Below are positions 46,219 to 54,556 of a DNA stretch of 64,000 bases, in pieces. Numbering within the stretch: position 1 is the stretch's first letter; each line of letters starts with the position of its first letter. The translations under genes were made by a program, and so were the position numbers. The notes below the pieces were generated by a model. It did not search any database. It was not told where the DNA came from and saw only the letters and a list, made by a program, of their open reading frames with translations. The stretch is taken from positions 1,352 through 65,351 of the forward strand of contig JBBTUT010000003.1 in the NCBI GenBank assembly GCA_038063615.1, in the 5' to 3' direction. This stretch comes from Patescibacteria group bacterium (GTDB lineage Bacteria; Patescibacteriota; Minisyncoccia; Phycocordibacterales; UBA1550).

Positions 46219-47259
46219 ATGTCTACTCTCTCACTAAAACCACACTATTTGGAAAAAGGGGATACCGTCGGGCTAATAAGCCCAGCTGCCCCCCTTGCTG
46301 GGTTGGTGCCTCACCGTACTGACCAAGGAATCAAAATGTTGGAAGAGCTTGGTTTTAAGATAAAAATTGGATTGAACGCTATGAATATAACTGGCTATAC
46401 TGCTGGCACTGCAGAAGAAAGGGCGTCAGATATAAATAACTTTTTTGCTGACCCAGAAGTAAAAGGAATTGTTTCTTTTATAGGGGGGAATCATTCGAAT
46501 CAAATTTTAGAATATCTTGATTTTGATATTATTAAAAAAAACCCGAAAGTATTTATTGGGTACTCTGATATTACTGTTCTGCATTTAGCCATATATGCAA
46601 TGACTGAGCTAACTACTTTTTATGGTCCAGCAGTTTTGACACAGTTTGCTGAAAATCCTGCAATAATGGAATATACAAAAAAATATTTTTTGAAAGCAGT
46701 TACACAAAAAAGTCCAATTGGCGTGATCGAGCAATCAGTAGAGTGGACAGATGAAACTCTAAATTGGTTCACAAAAGAAGATTTGCAAGGAGCACGCCAG
46801 ATGAAGCTTAATTCCGGATGGAGATGGCTTAAGAGTGGTACGGCTCAGGGGAAATTACTCGGTGGGTGTCTTGCCTCAATGATGCATCTTCGTGGAACAA
46901 AGTATTGGCCAGATTTTGAAAAGGCAATTTTATTTTGGGAAATCTCCGAGGGTGAGGCAGATTTTCGTTTAGGAGAGAGTGTGTCAACAATAGATGCGCA
47001 TTTAACCGATTTGGAGTTGTCTGGCGTCTTCACCTCTATTCAGGGAATGATAGTCGGTCGTCCTTTTGGATATGACTCAGGCCAAGAACAAAAATTAATA
47101 GAAAAAATTTTAGAGAGAACAAAAAAGTATTCATTCCCAATTCTTTATGGTGTTGATATCGGACACACAGACCCGATGATCACTCTTCCTATTGGGGTAA
47201 AAGTAATGATTAATTCAGACAAGAATATTTTTGAAATTTTAGAGAGTGGCGTAATGTAG
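46219..47259 (+). CDS. Peptidase S66 family (LD-carboxypeptidase LdcA / microcin C immunity MccF-like)
   Basis: GYSDITVLH nucleophile motif. C-terminal DIGHTDP catalytic His region. ORF track begins at 46141. Confidence 0.7.
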   Translation: MSTLSLKPHYLEKGDTVGLISPAAPLAGLVPHRTDQGIKMLEELGFKIKIGLNAMNITGYTAGTAEERASDINNFFADPEVKGIVSFIGGNHSNQILEYLDFDIIKKNPKVFIGYSDITVLHLAIYAMTELTTFYGPAVLTQFAENPAIMEYTKKYFLKAVTQKSPIGVIEQSVEWTDETLNWFTKEDLQGARQMKLNSGWRWLKSGTAQGKLLGGCLASMMHLRGTKYWPDFEKAILFWEISEGEADFRLGESVSTIDAHLTDLELSGVFTSIQGMIVGRPFGYDSGQEQKLIEKILERTKKYSFPILYGVDIGHTDPMITLPIGVKVMINSDKNIFEILESGVM

Positions 47260-47379
47260 AACCTCATGGTTGAATGTACCACCGGGGCACTTGACAAATT
47301 ACAAGAACTAATATACATTGTTGCTAGTTTAGTTTTTTGAAATTTCACAAAGGAAACAAACAAATAAGGAGGTGCTAAG

Positions 47380-48675
47380 ATGACACATACAATGTTTGTC
47401 CAGGCGCATTTGGGTGCTGAGTTTTCCGGGATGGCTAGAGTTTTATCCAAGAGGCATATCGGCAAGATTTTATTTTGTGGGGCACGCCTTTTGGAAGAAA
47501 ACATTCAGTTAGTATTTAGAGAGGAACACCTCGCAAACTATCGACACATCGTTAGTCTGCCGAGAGGGAGTTTGCTCAAGGTCTCTGGGAATAAAATACA
47601 TACTCGGAGCGGCACACCATCACTGGAAATAACTTCCGCAGACATTATCCATATCGTCAAAGAAAACTTACCAGATAAACAAAATTGCCTGAGTAGGTCG
47701 CTTCGATATCGTCGCCGAACGATTGATCTTATGACGAACGACACATCTTTCGTCTTTTTTAGGAGGCAATCAGAGGTCTTGATGATAATAAGGAAGTTTC
47801 TTTATGATTTGGGGTATCATGAGTTCATTACTGGCACATTGCAGGAAGTGTTTGAAGGTGGACAGTCTGTGTCTTTCGACACATACTGCAAGGCGACTGG
47901 TAAAAATGTTACTCTTAGCTTAACAAGTGAACTGAAGCTTAGGCGGTTGCTTGTCTCTGGGTTTGATCGTGTGTTTGAGATTGCTCAATCATTTCGAAAT
48001 GAAGGTTCTGACAAACTACATTCTCCTGAGTTTACTCTTTTGGAAATGTATGCTCGCAGTTCTGGACATTTAGAAATGATGGAATTGCTTGAGTCAATGG
48101 TTTCAGAAATTGCTGGGAAAATACAAGATGATTCCGATGTCCTGTTTACTCCAGAAAGATACCGTGCTCCGTTTCAGCGTATTCTTTTTCGAGAGGTATT
48201 CGAAAATCATTTTGGTGATTTTAGCAGATTTAACATTCAGTATTTCTCAGAATTAATGCCAGAGATGTTCAATGTGGCAATGTCTCATTTCACTTGGACA
48301 ATGAAGCTCATTGAAAAAGTGATTCTTCCAACTATTCGTGGACCAGCATTTCTTGTTGAGTTACCAGTTGGAATGTCTCCATTCGTTAAAAATTCAAGCG
48401 ATGGTGTAACCACACAGAGAGCATTCTTTGTCGCTGATGGATTATTTGTCGCCGATATTTATTCTGACGAGAATAATCCAGACATAATACAAAAGAATCT
48501 CGAACAGCAATCAATGGCGGTTGGGAATGTCTTAAATAAAGATTATGTTGAGATATTATCGCTTGGGCTTGGCGAGTCAGCCGGTCTAGGCATGGGCTTA
48601 AATCGTTTATCGATGCTCTTTTTGGGCACTTTGCCTCGCGATATTAAAGAAACTATATTGTACCCAATTCTCTAA
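47380..48675 (+). CDS. Lysyl-tRNA synthetase-like paralog (class IIb, divergent)
   Basis: OB-fold-like N-terminus. Motif 2 FRNEGSDKLHSPEFTLLEMY. Degenerate motif 3 GLGMGLNRLSMLF (Asn in place of the conserved Asp). Confidence 0.6.
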   Translation: MTHTMFVQAHLGAEFSGMARVLSKRHIGKILFCGARLLEENIQLVFREEHLANYRHIVSLPRGSLLKVSGNKIHTRSGTPSLEITSADIIHIVKENLPDKQNCLSRSLRYRRRTIDLMTNDTSFVFFRRQSEVLMIIRKFLYDLGYHEFITGTLQEVFEGGQSVSFDTYCKATGKNVTLSLTSELKLRRLLVSGFDRVFEIAQSFRNEGSDKLHSPEFTLLEMYARSSGHLEMMELLESMVSEIAGKIQDDSDVLFTPERYRAPFQRILFREVFENHFGDFSRFNIQYFSELMPEMFNVAMSHFTWTMKLIEKVILPTIRGPAFLVELPVGMSPFVKNSSDGVTTQRAFFVADGLFVADIYSDENNPDIIQKNLEQQSMAVGNVLNKDYVEILSLGLGESAGLGMGLNRLSMLFLGTLPRDIKETILYPIL

Positions 48676-48689
48676 AAAGGAGGTCTATC

Positions 48690-50090
48690 ATGAACCGTTA
48701 CCCCGATTCTTTTTACAAGAGTCACTCTATTCTTCAAGTAATATCTGAGCATGAAGATTTAGTTAAGGATGTAACCGAAGTCACTACTGCAGGGAGAGTG
48801 CTTGCGCGACGAGCTTTTGGTAAAATCATATTCCTCGATATCCAGGATTTTTCTTCAAAGATCCAGTGCTATGCGAGGGAGGATATCTTAGGTTCGACTA
48901 AACAGGTATTTATTGCGAAGCAACTCAAAGTTGGAGATGTTGTTGGCGTGCGTGGCACAGCGTTCCTCCCAAAATCAGGAGAAAAGTCTATTAAGCTTAC
49001 TGATATATTTTTGCTTTCGGAAACAACTCTTCCGTTCCCAGAAAAATATCACAGGCTAGTAGACCAAGAGGCCCGTTATCGCCAGCGTTATCTTGATCTC
49101 ATTATGAATTCTGATACGCGGAAGATTTTCCAGACACGGTTCTTGTTGTTGAAAGAACTGCGCCGTTTCCTTGATGGTCGTGGCTTTATTGAGGTAGAAA
49201 CACCGATATTCCAACATACCCCTTGCGGTGCATCGGCGAACCCATTTCGGACACGGCACGACGCAAAAGGAATTGATCTTTATCTTCGTATCTCACCAGA
49301 GACATATCTTAAGCAGTTGATAGTAGCTGGGATAGATAGGGTGTATGAGATTGGTAAAAACTTTCGAAACGAGGGGGTTGACCCGACACATCTTCAAGAG
49401 TTTACGATGCTCGAGTTCTATGTCTCCTATTGGAGCTATCGTGAGAATATCGTGTTTGTTCAAGAGCTGTTGCGAGAAATCATTCAGAGGAGCACTGGCG
49501 GGCTGTCTATCCCATGCAACGAGATAACACTCGATTTTGGCGCAGAATGGAGCCATGTGAAATATCGAGATGTTTTACTTTCTGGAACGGGGATAGATGT
49601 TCTTGAGATGCGGAATACTACGGAGCTTCTGGCTGAAATGAAGCGGTGTGGTGTTGAAATTGAGCATGAGAAAGTGGAGTCGCTGGGTTCGATGGTTGAT
49701 AAGCTGTACAAGCGTTTTGTACGACCAAATCTTGTTCAGCCAACAATCTTAATGCAGCATCCAGCATATTTACTGCCTCTTGCTCGCCCAAGTGATGAAG
49801 ACCCTCGTGTTGCGGACTCATTTCAGGTACTGGTTAACGGGTGGGAGATAGTCAAAGCGTATTCGGAACTGGCTGACCCGGAGCTACAACGGTCACTCCT
49901 CGAAGGTCAATCTCAGTCTCGTAAAGACGGCGACAAAGAAGCCATGTTTTTAGATGAAGATTTTCTTCTTTCTTTAAAGTATGGCATGCCACCTGTCTCT
50001 GGGGTTGGAATTGGTATTGATCGGCTTCTCGCGATTCTTACTAATCAACGAAACCTCAATGAAGTTGTTTTGTTCCCTTTGATGAAGTAG
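48690..50090 (+). CDS. lysS: Lysyl-tRNA synthetase (class IIb), canonical motifs
   Basis: Motif 1 region, motif 2 FRNEGVDPTHLQEFTMLEFY, motif 3 GVGIGIDRLLAIL. N-terminal anticodon-binding OB fold. Confidence 0.75.
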   Translation: MNRYPDSFYKSHSILQVISEHEDLVKDVTEVTTAGRVLARRAFGKIIFLDIQDFSSKIQCYAREDILGSTKQVFIAKQLKVGDVVGVRGTAFLPKSGEKSIKLTDIFLLSETTLPFPEKYHRLVDQEARYRQRYLDLIMNSDTRKIFQTRFLLLKELRRFLDGRGFIEVETPIFQHTPCGASANPFRTRHDAKGIDLYLRISPETYLKQLIVAGIDRVYEIGKNFRNEGVDPTHLQEFTMLEFYVSYWSYRENIVFVQELLREIIQRSTGGLSIPCNEITLDFGAEWSHVKYRDVLLSGTGIDVLEMRNTTELLAEMKRCGVEIEHEKVESLGSMVDKLYKRFVRPNLVQPTILMQHPAYLLPLARPSDEDPRVADSFQVLVNGWEIVKAYSELADPELQRSLLEGQSQSRKDGDKEAMFLDEDFLLSLKYGMPPVSGVGIGIDRLLAILTNQRNLNEVVLFPLMK

Positions 50091-50099
50091 CATAGTTCT

Positions 50100-50140
50100 T
50101 CTTTGTTTCCTTGCACGGCTATTGATTTTAAAATCAATAG
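50100..50140 (+). terminator. Hairpin acggctattgatttt-aaaatcaatagccgt plus U-tract, followed by the duplicated 51-nt module
   Basis: Perfect stem after lysS. Confidence 0.7.
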
Positions 50141-50201
50141 CCGTGTTTTTTTGTTTTCTTTTTTTGTGCGGGGCGTGGTATGATTGGGGGAACGGAACGA
50201 T

Positions 50202-51275
50202 ATGGAATTCGCTTTTTTAGTACACCCAAGGGATTTGTCGGATGTTTTTAAAAAATATCCGTTGCTTAAGTTTTTCCCTGTATCATTGACCGAATTCTTT
50301 CTATTAAAATTTTGGCCACCTGTTTTTGTTGCAAAAATAACAGGGTTAAAATTGGTGGGTGGTGGTAATTCTACAAATGGGTGTGTTCTTAGCATTCCTT
50401 TAACCGCAAGGCAGATGATGGAGAATAGGACTGTTGCTTCGAAAAAGATATTAGATGCGACAATTTTTGCTAAAAACATTGGTGTGAAAATTATTGGATT
50501 GGGGGCTCTGACTTCCTCCCTTAGTAAAGGCGGGTTAGATTTAATAGATAAAGTAGATATCAATATAACGACAGGGCATGCTTATACCGCATACAATGTA
50601 ACAAAAAATATATTTGAACTTTGTCGTATTCTCGATCTTGATAAAACAAAAATAACTGTTGCAATTGTTGGGGCGGCTGGGTCTATTGGTTCTACCTCAG
50701 CTCGAGTTCTTGCTCGTGCTGGGTACCAGAATCTACTACTGGTTGATCTTGAAAGAAAGCGACACTTTTTTGAAAAACTCGAAAGCGAACTTAGGAATTT
50801 TAATAGTGGGATTAATATTAAGTTTTCACATCAAATCAAAGATATTATTAATGCTGATGTTGTCATTACTGCAACAAACGCTCCAGAGGCTTTGGTAGAA
50901 GCAGGAGACCTTAAGGTTGGAGCTATCGTTGTTGATGATGCTCAACCATCTGATATTTCAGAAAATGTTTTTGAGAGAGAAGATGTTCTAGTTGTTTCTG
51001 CTGGAGTTGTACATACTCCAAATATCGAAACTCATTTTAATTTCGGGTTAGCAGATAAGTTTGATAATTTTTGTTGCCTTGCCGAGTTGCTGATTTTGGC
51101 ATCGCATAAATGGGACAAACATTATATAATTGATCGAGCAACTCTTGAATCAGTTGATGAAATAGCTGAGTGGGGGGAAGCACTTGGTTTTCATTTGGCA
51201 AAGTTTCAAAACCCAAGAGGGCTAATCTCCACGGAAAAACTCAGTGAAATAAAAAGAATAATTCATCAAAAATAA
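50202..51275 (+). CDS. Acyl-ACP-reductase-like NAD(P)-dependent thioester reductase (AAR / glutamyl-tRNA-reductase superfamily)
   Basis: Architecture parallels cyanobacterial AAR: N-terminus FAFLVHP, W-PP...ITG block, GLGALTS, Rossmann VAIVGAAGSIGS, and conserved catalytic-Cys context NFCCLAELLIL (AAR: MFACFAEAMLL). ORF track begins at TTG 50184. Confidence 0.55.
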   Translation: MEFAFLVHPRDLSDVFKKYPLLKFFPVSLTEFFLLKFWPPVFVAKITGLKLVGGGNSTNGCVLSIPLTARQMMENRTVASKKILDATIFAKNIGVKIIGLGALTSSLSKGGLDLIDKVDINITTGHAYTAYNVTKNIFELCRILDLDKTKITVAIVGAAGSIGSTSARVLARAGYQNLLLVDLERKRHFFEKLESELRNFNSGINIKFSHQIKDIINADVVITATNAPEALVEAGDLKVGAIVVDDAQPSDISENVFEREDVLVVSAGVVHTPNIETHFNFGLADKFDNFCCLAELLILASHKWDKHYIIDRATLESVDEIAEWGEALGFHLAKFQNPRGLISTEKLSEIKRIIHQK

Positions 51276-51276
51276 A

Positions 51277-53061
51277 ATGATACTTAACCTTGATATCAAA
51301 AATACATTAATATTGATTATCGCGGTAATCAATATTACATACGGCGCAATCATTTATTTAAAAGATAAAAAGAGCGCTACCAGTAGCTGGTTTTTCCTTT
51401 TGGCCGTCTCGGTGGGATTATGGGGAGTAAGTATGTTTTTATTTCGATCTGCTCAAGAAGAGTATTTGGCCAGTATTTTTTCAAGAATTTTGTATTTCTC
51501 AGCAGCGGTTATCCCCATCGTGTTTATTTATTTTTCAGCTGTCTTCCCAAGTGTTTCATCTGTATTTGGTTTTCGACAAAAATATATTCTGCCAATCCCA
51601 TTTTTTATAATAGCTTTATTCTCCTTAACTCCTGATTATCTGGTAAAGAGTACGCAGATTCTAGTAGGTGAAGAAACACACATTTTATTTAATAATTTTT
51701 ATCATACACTTTATGTTTTTTACATAAATATTTTTTTCGCATACGGATATTTTTTATTGGTTAAAAAATATTTTGTAAGCAGATTTCAAGATGTTGTTTT
51801 AAGTAAGCAAATTATTTATATTATCGCAGGAACATTTATTTCGACAATGATTGGTGTTTTTACAAACCTGCTTGGACCATATATGGGTATATTTAAGTTT
51901 AATTGGGTTGGTCAAATTGGAAATGTCGTTATGATTTCAGCTATCTCATATGCAATAGCTAAACATCAGTTGTTTAACATCAAACTCATCCTCGTTGAAT
52001 TGGCGATTTTGTTGCTTAATATGTTTCTTTTGTTCAATGTGTTTACTTCGCATGCGACGGTGGACTTTGTGCTCAATATCTCGGTGTCATTGTTTGTCTT
52101 TATCTTCAGCATCATCCTTATGCGCGGTATTTACAAGGATATTCGGGACAGAGAGCGGATCGAGGGATTGGCGAAAGAGATGGCGGTGACGAACGAGAAG
52201 CTCCATATACTGGAACAACAAAAGACGGAGTTTGTGTCCATCGCTTCGCACCAGCTCCGCACTCCGCTGACAGTCATCAAGGGCTATGCGTCGATGATCC
52301 TCGAGGGGACTTTTGGCACCATTGCCACTCCGGTGCACGATGCTATGGACAAGCTGTACAAGTCGAGCGAGAGGATCGTGGCACTGGTGGAGGACCTGCT
52401 GACGGTGTCGCGACTGGAGCAGGGGAGAGGCGCGCTTCATTTTGAGACGGTGGACCTCGTGAGAGTCATTCAAATGGTGACGATGGAAATGGATGAAGAT
52501 ATCAAGAGGTCAAATCTCGACTTCTCGTTTACGGTGGAAGAGGGGGGAGAATTCCCCGTCGCAATCGACGAGAAAAAGTTCAAGCAAGTGGTGAAGCACA
52601 TCCTCGACAATGCCATCGAGTACACAAACGCCCCCGGCAGAGTGCGTATCGCTATCAATGAAGACAACATCGCCGACAAAATCCGTCTCACGGTTTCTGA
52701 TACCGGGGTGGGGATGACCGCGGAGCAGATCCAGAGTATTTTTGAGAGGTTTAATTTGAAGATTAAAGAGCAGACGACAAACGACGGACAACAGACGACG
52801 GGGGAAGGGGAAAGGAAAAAGGAAGGAAAGTTTTTATGGCCGAGCCACGAATCAGCTGATTCGAAGTTGAAAGTGGAAAGTGGAATACAAGAATCAAAAT
52901 CAGAAGAACCAGAGACAGAGGCGCCAAACCAGCGCACGCCCGGTATCGGGCTCTACATTGCGCAGGAAATTATCGAAGCCCACCACGGCACCCTGCACAT
53001 CGAGTCCGCCGGCATGAACGAAGGCACGACGGTGATCGTGGAGTTGCCGAGGGCTAAATAA
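51277..53061 (+). CDS. Membrane sensor histidine kinase (multi-TM sensor, HisKA, HATPase_c with low-complexity insertion)
   Basis: H-box SIASHQLRTPLTVIKGY. G1 DTGVGM and G2 GIGLYIA are separated by an about 45-aa Gly/Glu/Lys-rich insert. Confidence 0.8.
   Translation: MILNLDIKNTLILIIAVINITYGAIIYLKDKKSATSSWFFLLAVSVGLWGVSMFLFRSAQEEYLASIFSRILYFSAAVIPIVFIYFSAVFPSVSSVFGFRQKYILPIPFFIIALFSLTPDYLVKSTQILVGEETHILFNNFYHTLYVFYINIFFAYGYFLLVKKYFVSRFQDVVLSKQIIYIIAGTFISTMIGVFTNLLGPYMGIFKFNWVGQIGNVVMISAISYAIAKHQLFNIKLILVELAILLLNMFLLFNVFTSHATVDFVLNISVSLFVFIFSIILMRGIYKDIRDRERIEGLAKEMAVTNEKLHILEQQKTEFVSIASHQLRTPLTVIKGYASMILEGTFGTIATPVHDAMDKLYKSSERIVALVEDLLTVSRLEQGRGALHFETVDLVRVIQMVTMEMDEDIKRSNLDFSFTVEEGGEFPVAIDEKKFKQVVKHILDNAIEYTNAPGRVRIAINEDNIADKIRLTVSDTGVGMTAEQIQSIFERFNLKIKEQTTNDGQQTTGEGERKKEGKFLWPSHESADSKLKVESGIQESKSEEPETEAPNQRTPGIGLYIAQEIIEAHHGTLHIESAGMNEGTTVIVELPRAK
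52801..52885. repeat. 85-nt element (ggggaagggg...aagtttttatggccgagc...aatcagctgattcgaagt.gaaagt) inserted in-frame in the kinase ATP-lid; second copy at 56216-56300
   Basis: Shared 19-nt and 24-nt blocks between the two loci, read directly. Confidence 0.7.
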
Positions 53062-53242
53062 TTTTGTGGATATGTTTTTTGCAAAATTATCGCCCGAACA
53101 TTTGTAAACAAATGTTTTAGAGGGAGGGGCAGTTAAATAGCCAATAGTGAATAGTCAATAATATTACGCGGCGACCCCTCTGTTTTTGTGTTTGGTGTGG
53201 TAGAATGATATGGAGGAAAAAGATTCTAGTATATATTGGTAT

Positions 53243-53764
53243 ACAAACATGTCTCAAGAAAAAAATTTAGCGTTTATTGACGGACAAAACTTACACCTAG
53301 GAACCACGCAAAATGGGTGGAAAGTTGATCATAATAAATTGAGAGTGTATTTGAAAGATAAGTATCATGTAACGGAAGCATATTATTTTTTGGGGTATGT
53401 CTCAGAAGAAGAACAAGACCTCTACAATAATCTGCAAAAAGCAGGATTCATTGTTTTGTTCAAGGAACACAACTCAAATCTGAAAGCAAAAAAGAAAGGG
53501 AATGTTGATACCGATATTGTGTTTGAAATAATGAAACACCTTGTTGACAATAAAGATTTTGACAAGTTTCTTTTGGTTTCTGGTGATGGTGATTATAAAA
53601 AGGTGGTTGATTATTTGATAAAGAAAAACAAATTTAGAAAGATCCTTTTCTCAAATAAAAAATTCGCTTCTTCTTTGTTTAAAAGCCTAGGATCTGAATT
53701 CTTCGATTACATGGAAAACTTCAAAACATACATAGAGTGGTCTAAAAAAGAAAAGGGCTCCTAA
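53243..53764 (+). CDS. NYN/LabA-like domain protein
   Basis: KNLAFIDGQNLHLGT, GNVDTDIV, LVSGDGDY motifs. An upstream in-frame ATG at 53210 follows a GGTAGAAT box. The stop lies inside the conserved terminator-like element. Confidence 0.7.
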   Translation, partial: TNMSQEKNLAFIDGQNLHLGTTQNGWKVDHNKLRVYLKDKYHVTEAYYFLGYVSEEEQDLYNNLQKAGFIVLFKEHNSNLKAKKKGNVDTDIVFEIMKHLVDNKDFDKFLLVSGDGDYKKVVDYLIKKNKFRKILFSNKKFASSLFKSLGSEFFDYMENFKTYIEWSKKEKGS

Positions 53765-53815
53765 GGCACTAACACCTTTCGGATCCCTTTTCGTCTGGAT
53801 ACACAGCCATTATAT
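53749..53815. repeat. Second copy of the terminator-like element (aaaagggctcctaagg...cggatcccttttcgtctggatacac)
   Basis: See 24618-24680. Confidence 0.65.
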
Positions 53816-53861
53816 AGTATCTGTAGTCGAAAAGTCAAGCGTTTTGTGTTATATTACTTTT

Positions 53862-54206
53862 ATGATTATTAAGATCGTTGAAGATACTATCAGTGTAGAC
53901 GAGCTACGGGAAATAGCTACGGAATACTATATCGATATGGTAAAGGGCGTGGTGGATATTTCAAAGGGGACAGTTGCTTTCGGTGGAGAATACCATATGG
54001 ACGCGAATGTGAAGATCTTGGAAAATGGGTCTGTTCAGCGTGATGTGTGGGGATTTAATATCTTTTTTGACCGACCGCAAGAGGAACGAATTGAGTTTAC
54101 TTCGCTTATCAATATCCGACCGCAAGCGGGGAATAGATCGATGGAAGTGGAAGATGAGATGACCCGCAAGAAAATGCGTGATATTATTGACCGCAAAATT
54201 ACTTGA
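53862..54206 (+). CDS. Hypothetical protein
   Basis: ORF only. Start chosen at MIIKIVED. Confidence 0.3.
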   Translation: MIIKIVEDTISVDELREIATEYYIDMVKGVVDISKGTVAFGGEYHMDANVKILENGSVQRDVWGFNIFFDRPQEERIEFTSLINIRPQAGNRSMEVEDEMTRKKMRDIIDRKIT

Positions 54207-54210
54207 TACC

Positions 54211-54504
54211 ATGGAACGAACTCCTCTTTTTTATTTGGCAAATCTTGGCAGTGAAGTGAATAGGATTTTTGTATTGAAGGAGAAAGGGCTATTGAAGGAA
54301 GCGGGGGAAGCGCATACTCGGGCAAATGGCATTATAGAAAAACTTTTGAGTCATCCAGAGCTCGAAGGCAGGACGGAGGAGGTCAGAATGTTGAAGGATT
54401 ATTTGGAGCAGTCTCTGGGGAGCGAGCGAACCGAATTTTTGAAGAAGGAATGGCAGGGGTATTTTTCTCCGTATGCGAATAGGTTGTTTTCTGTGAGCTC
54501 GTAG
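54211..54504 (+). CDS. Hypothetical helical protein
   Basis: ORF only. Start chosen at MERTPLFY. Confidence 0.3.
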   Translation: MERTPLFYLANLGSEVNRIFVLKEKGLLKEAGEAHTRANGIIEKLLSHPELEGRTEEVRMLKDYLEQSLGSERTEFLKKEWQGYFSPYANRLFSVSS

Positions 54505-54556
54505 GGTTGTGGATATTTGAGTAAAATTTTTTGCCGGGGCGTGGTATACTTTTCGT

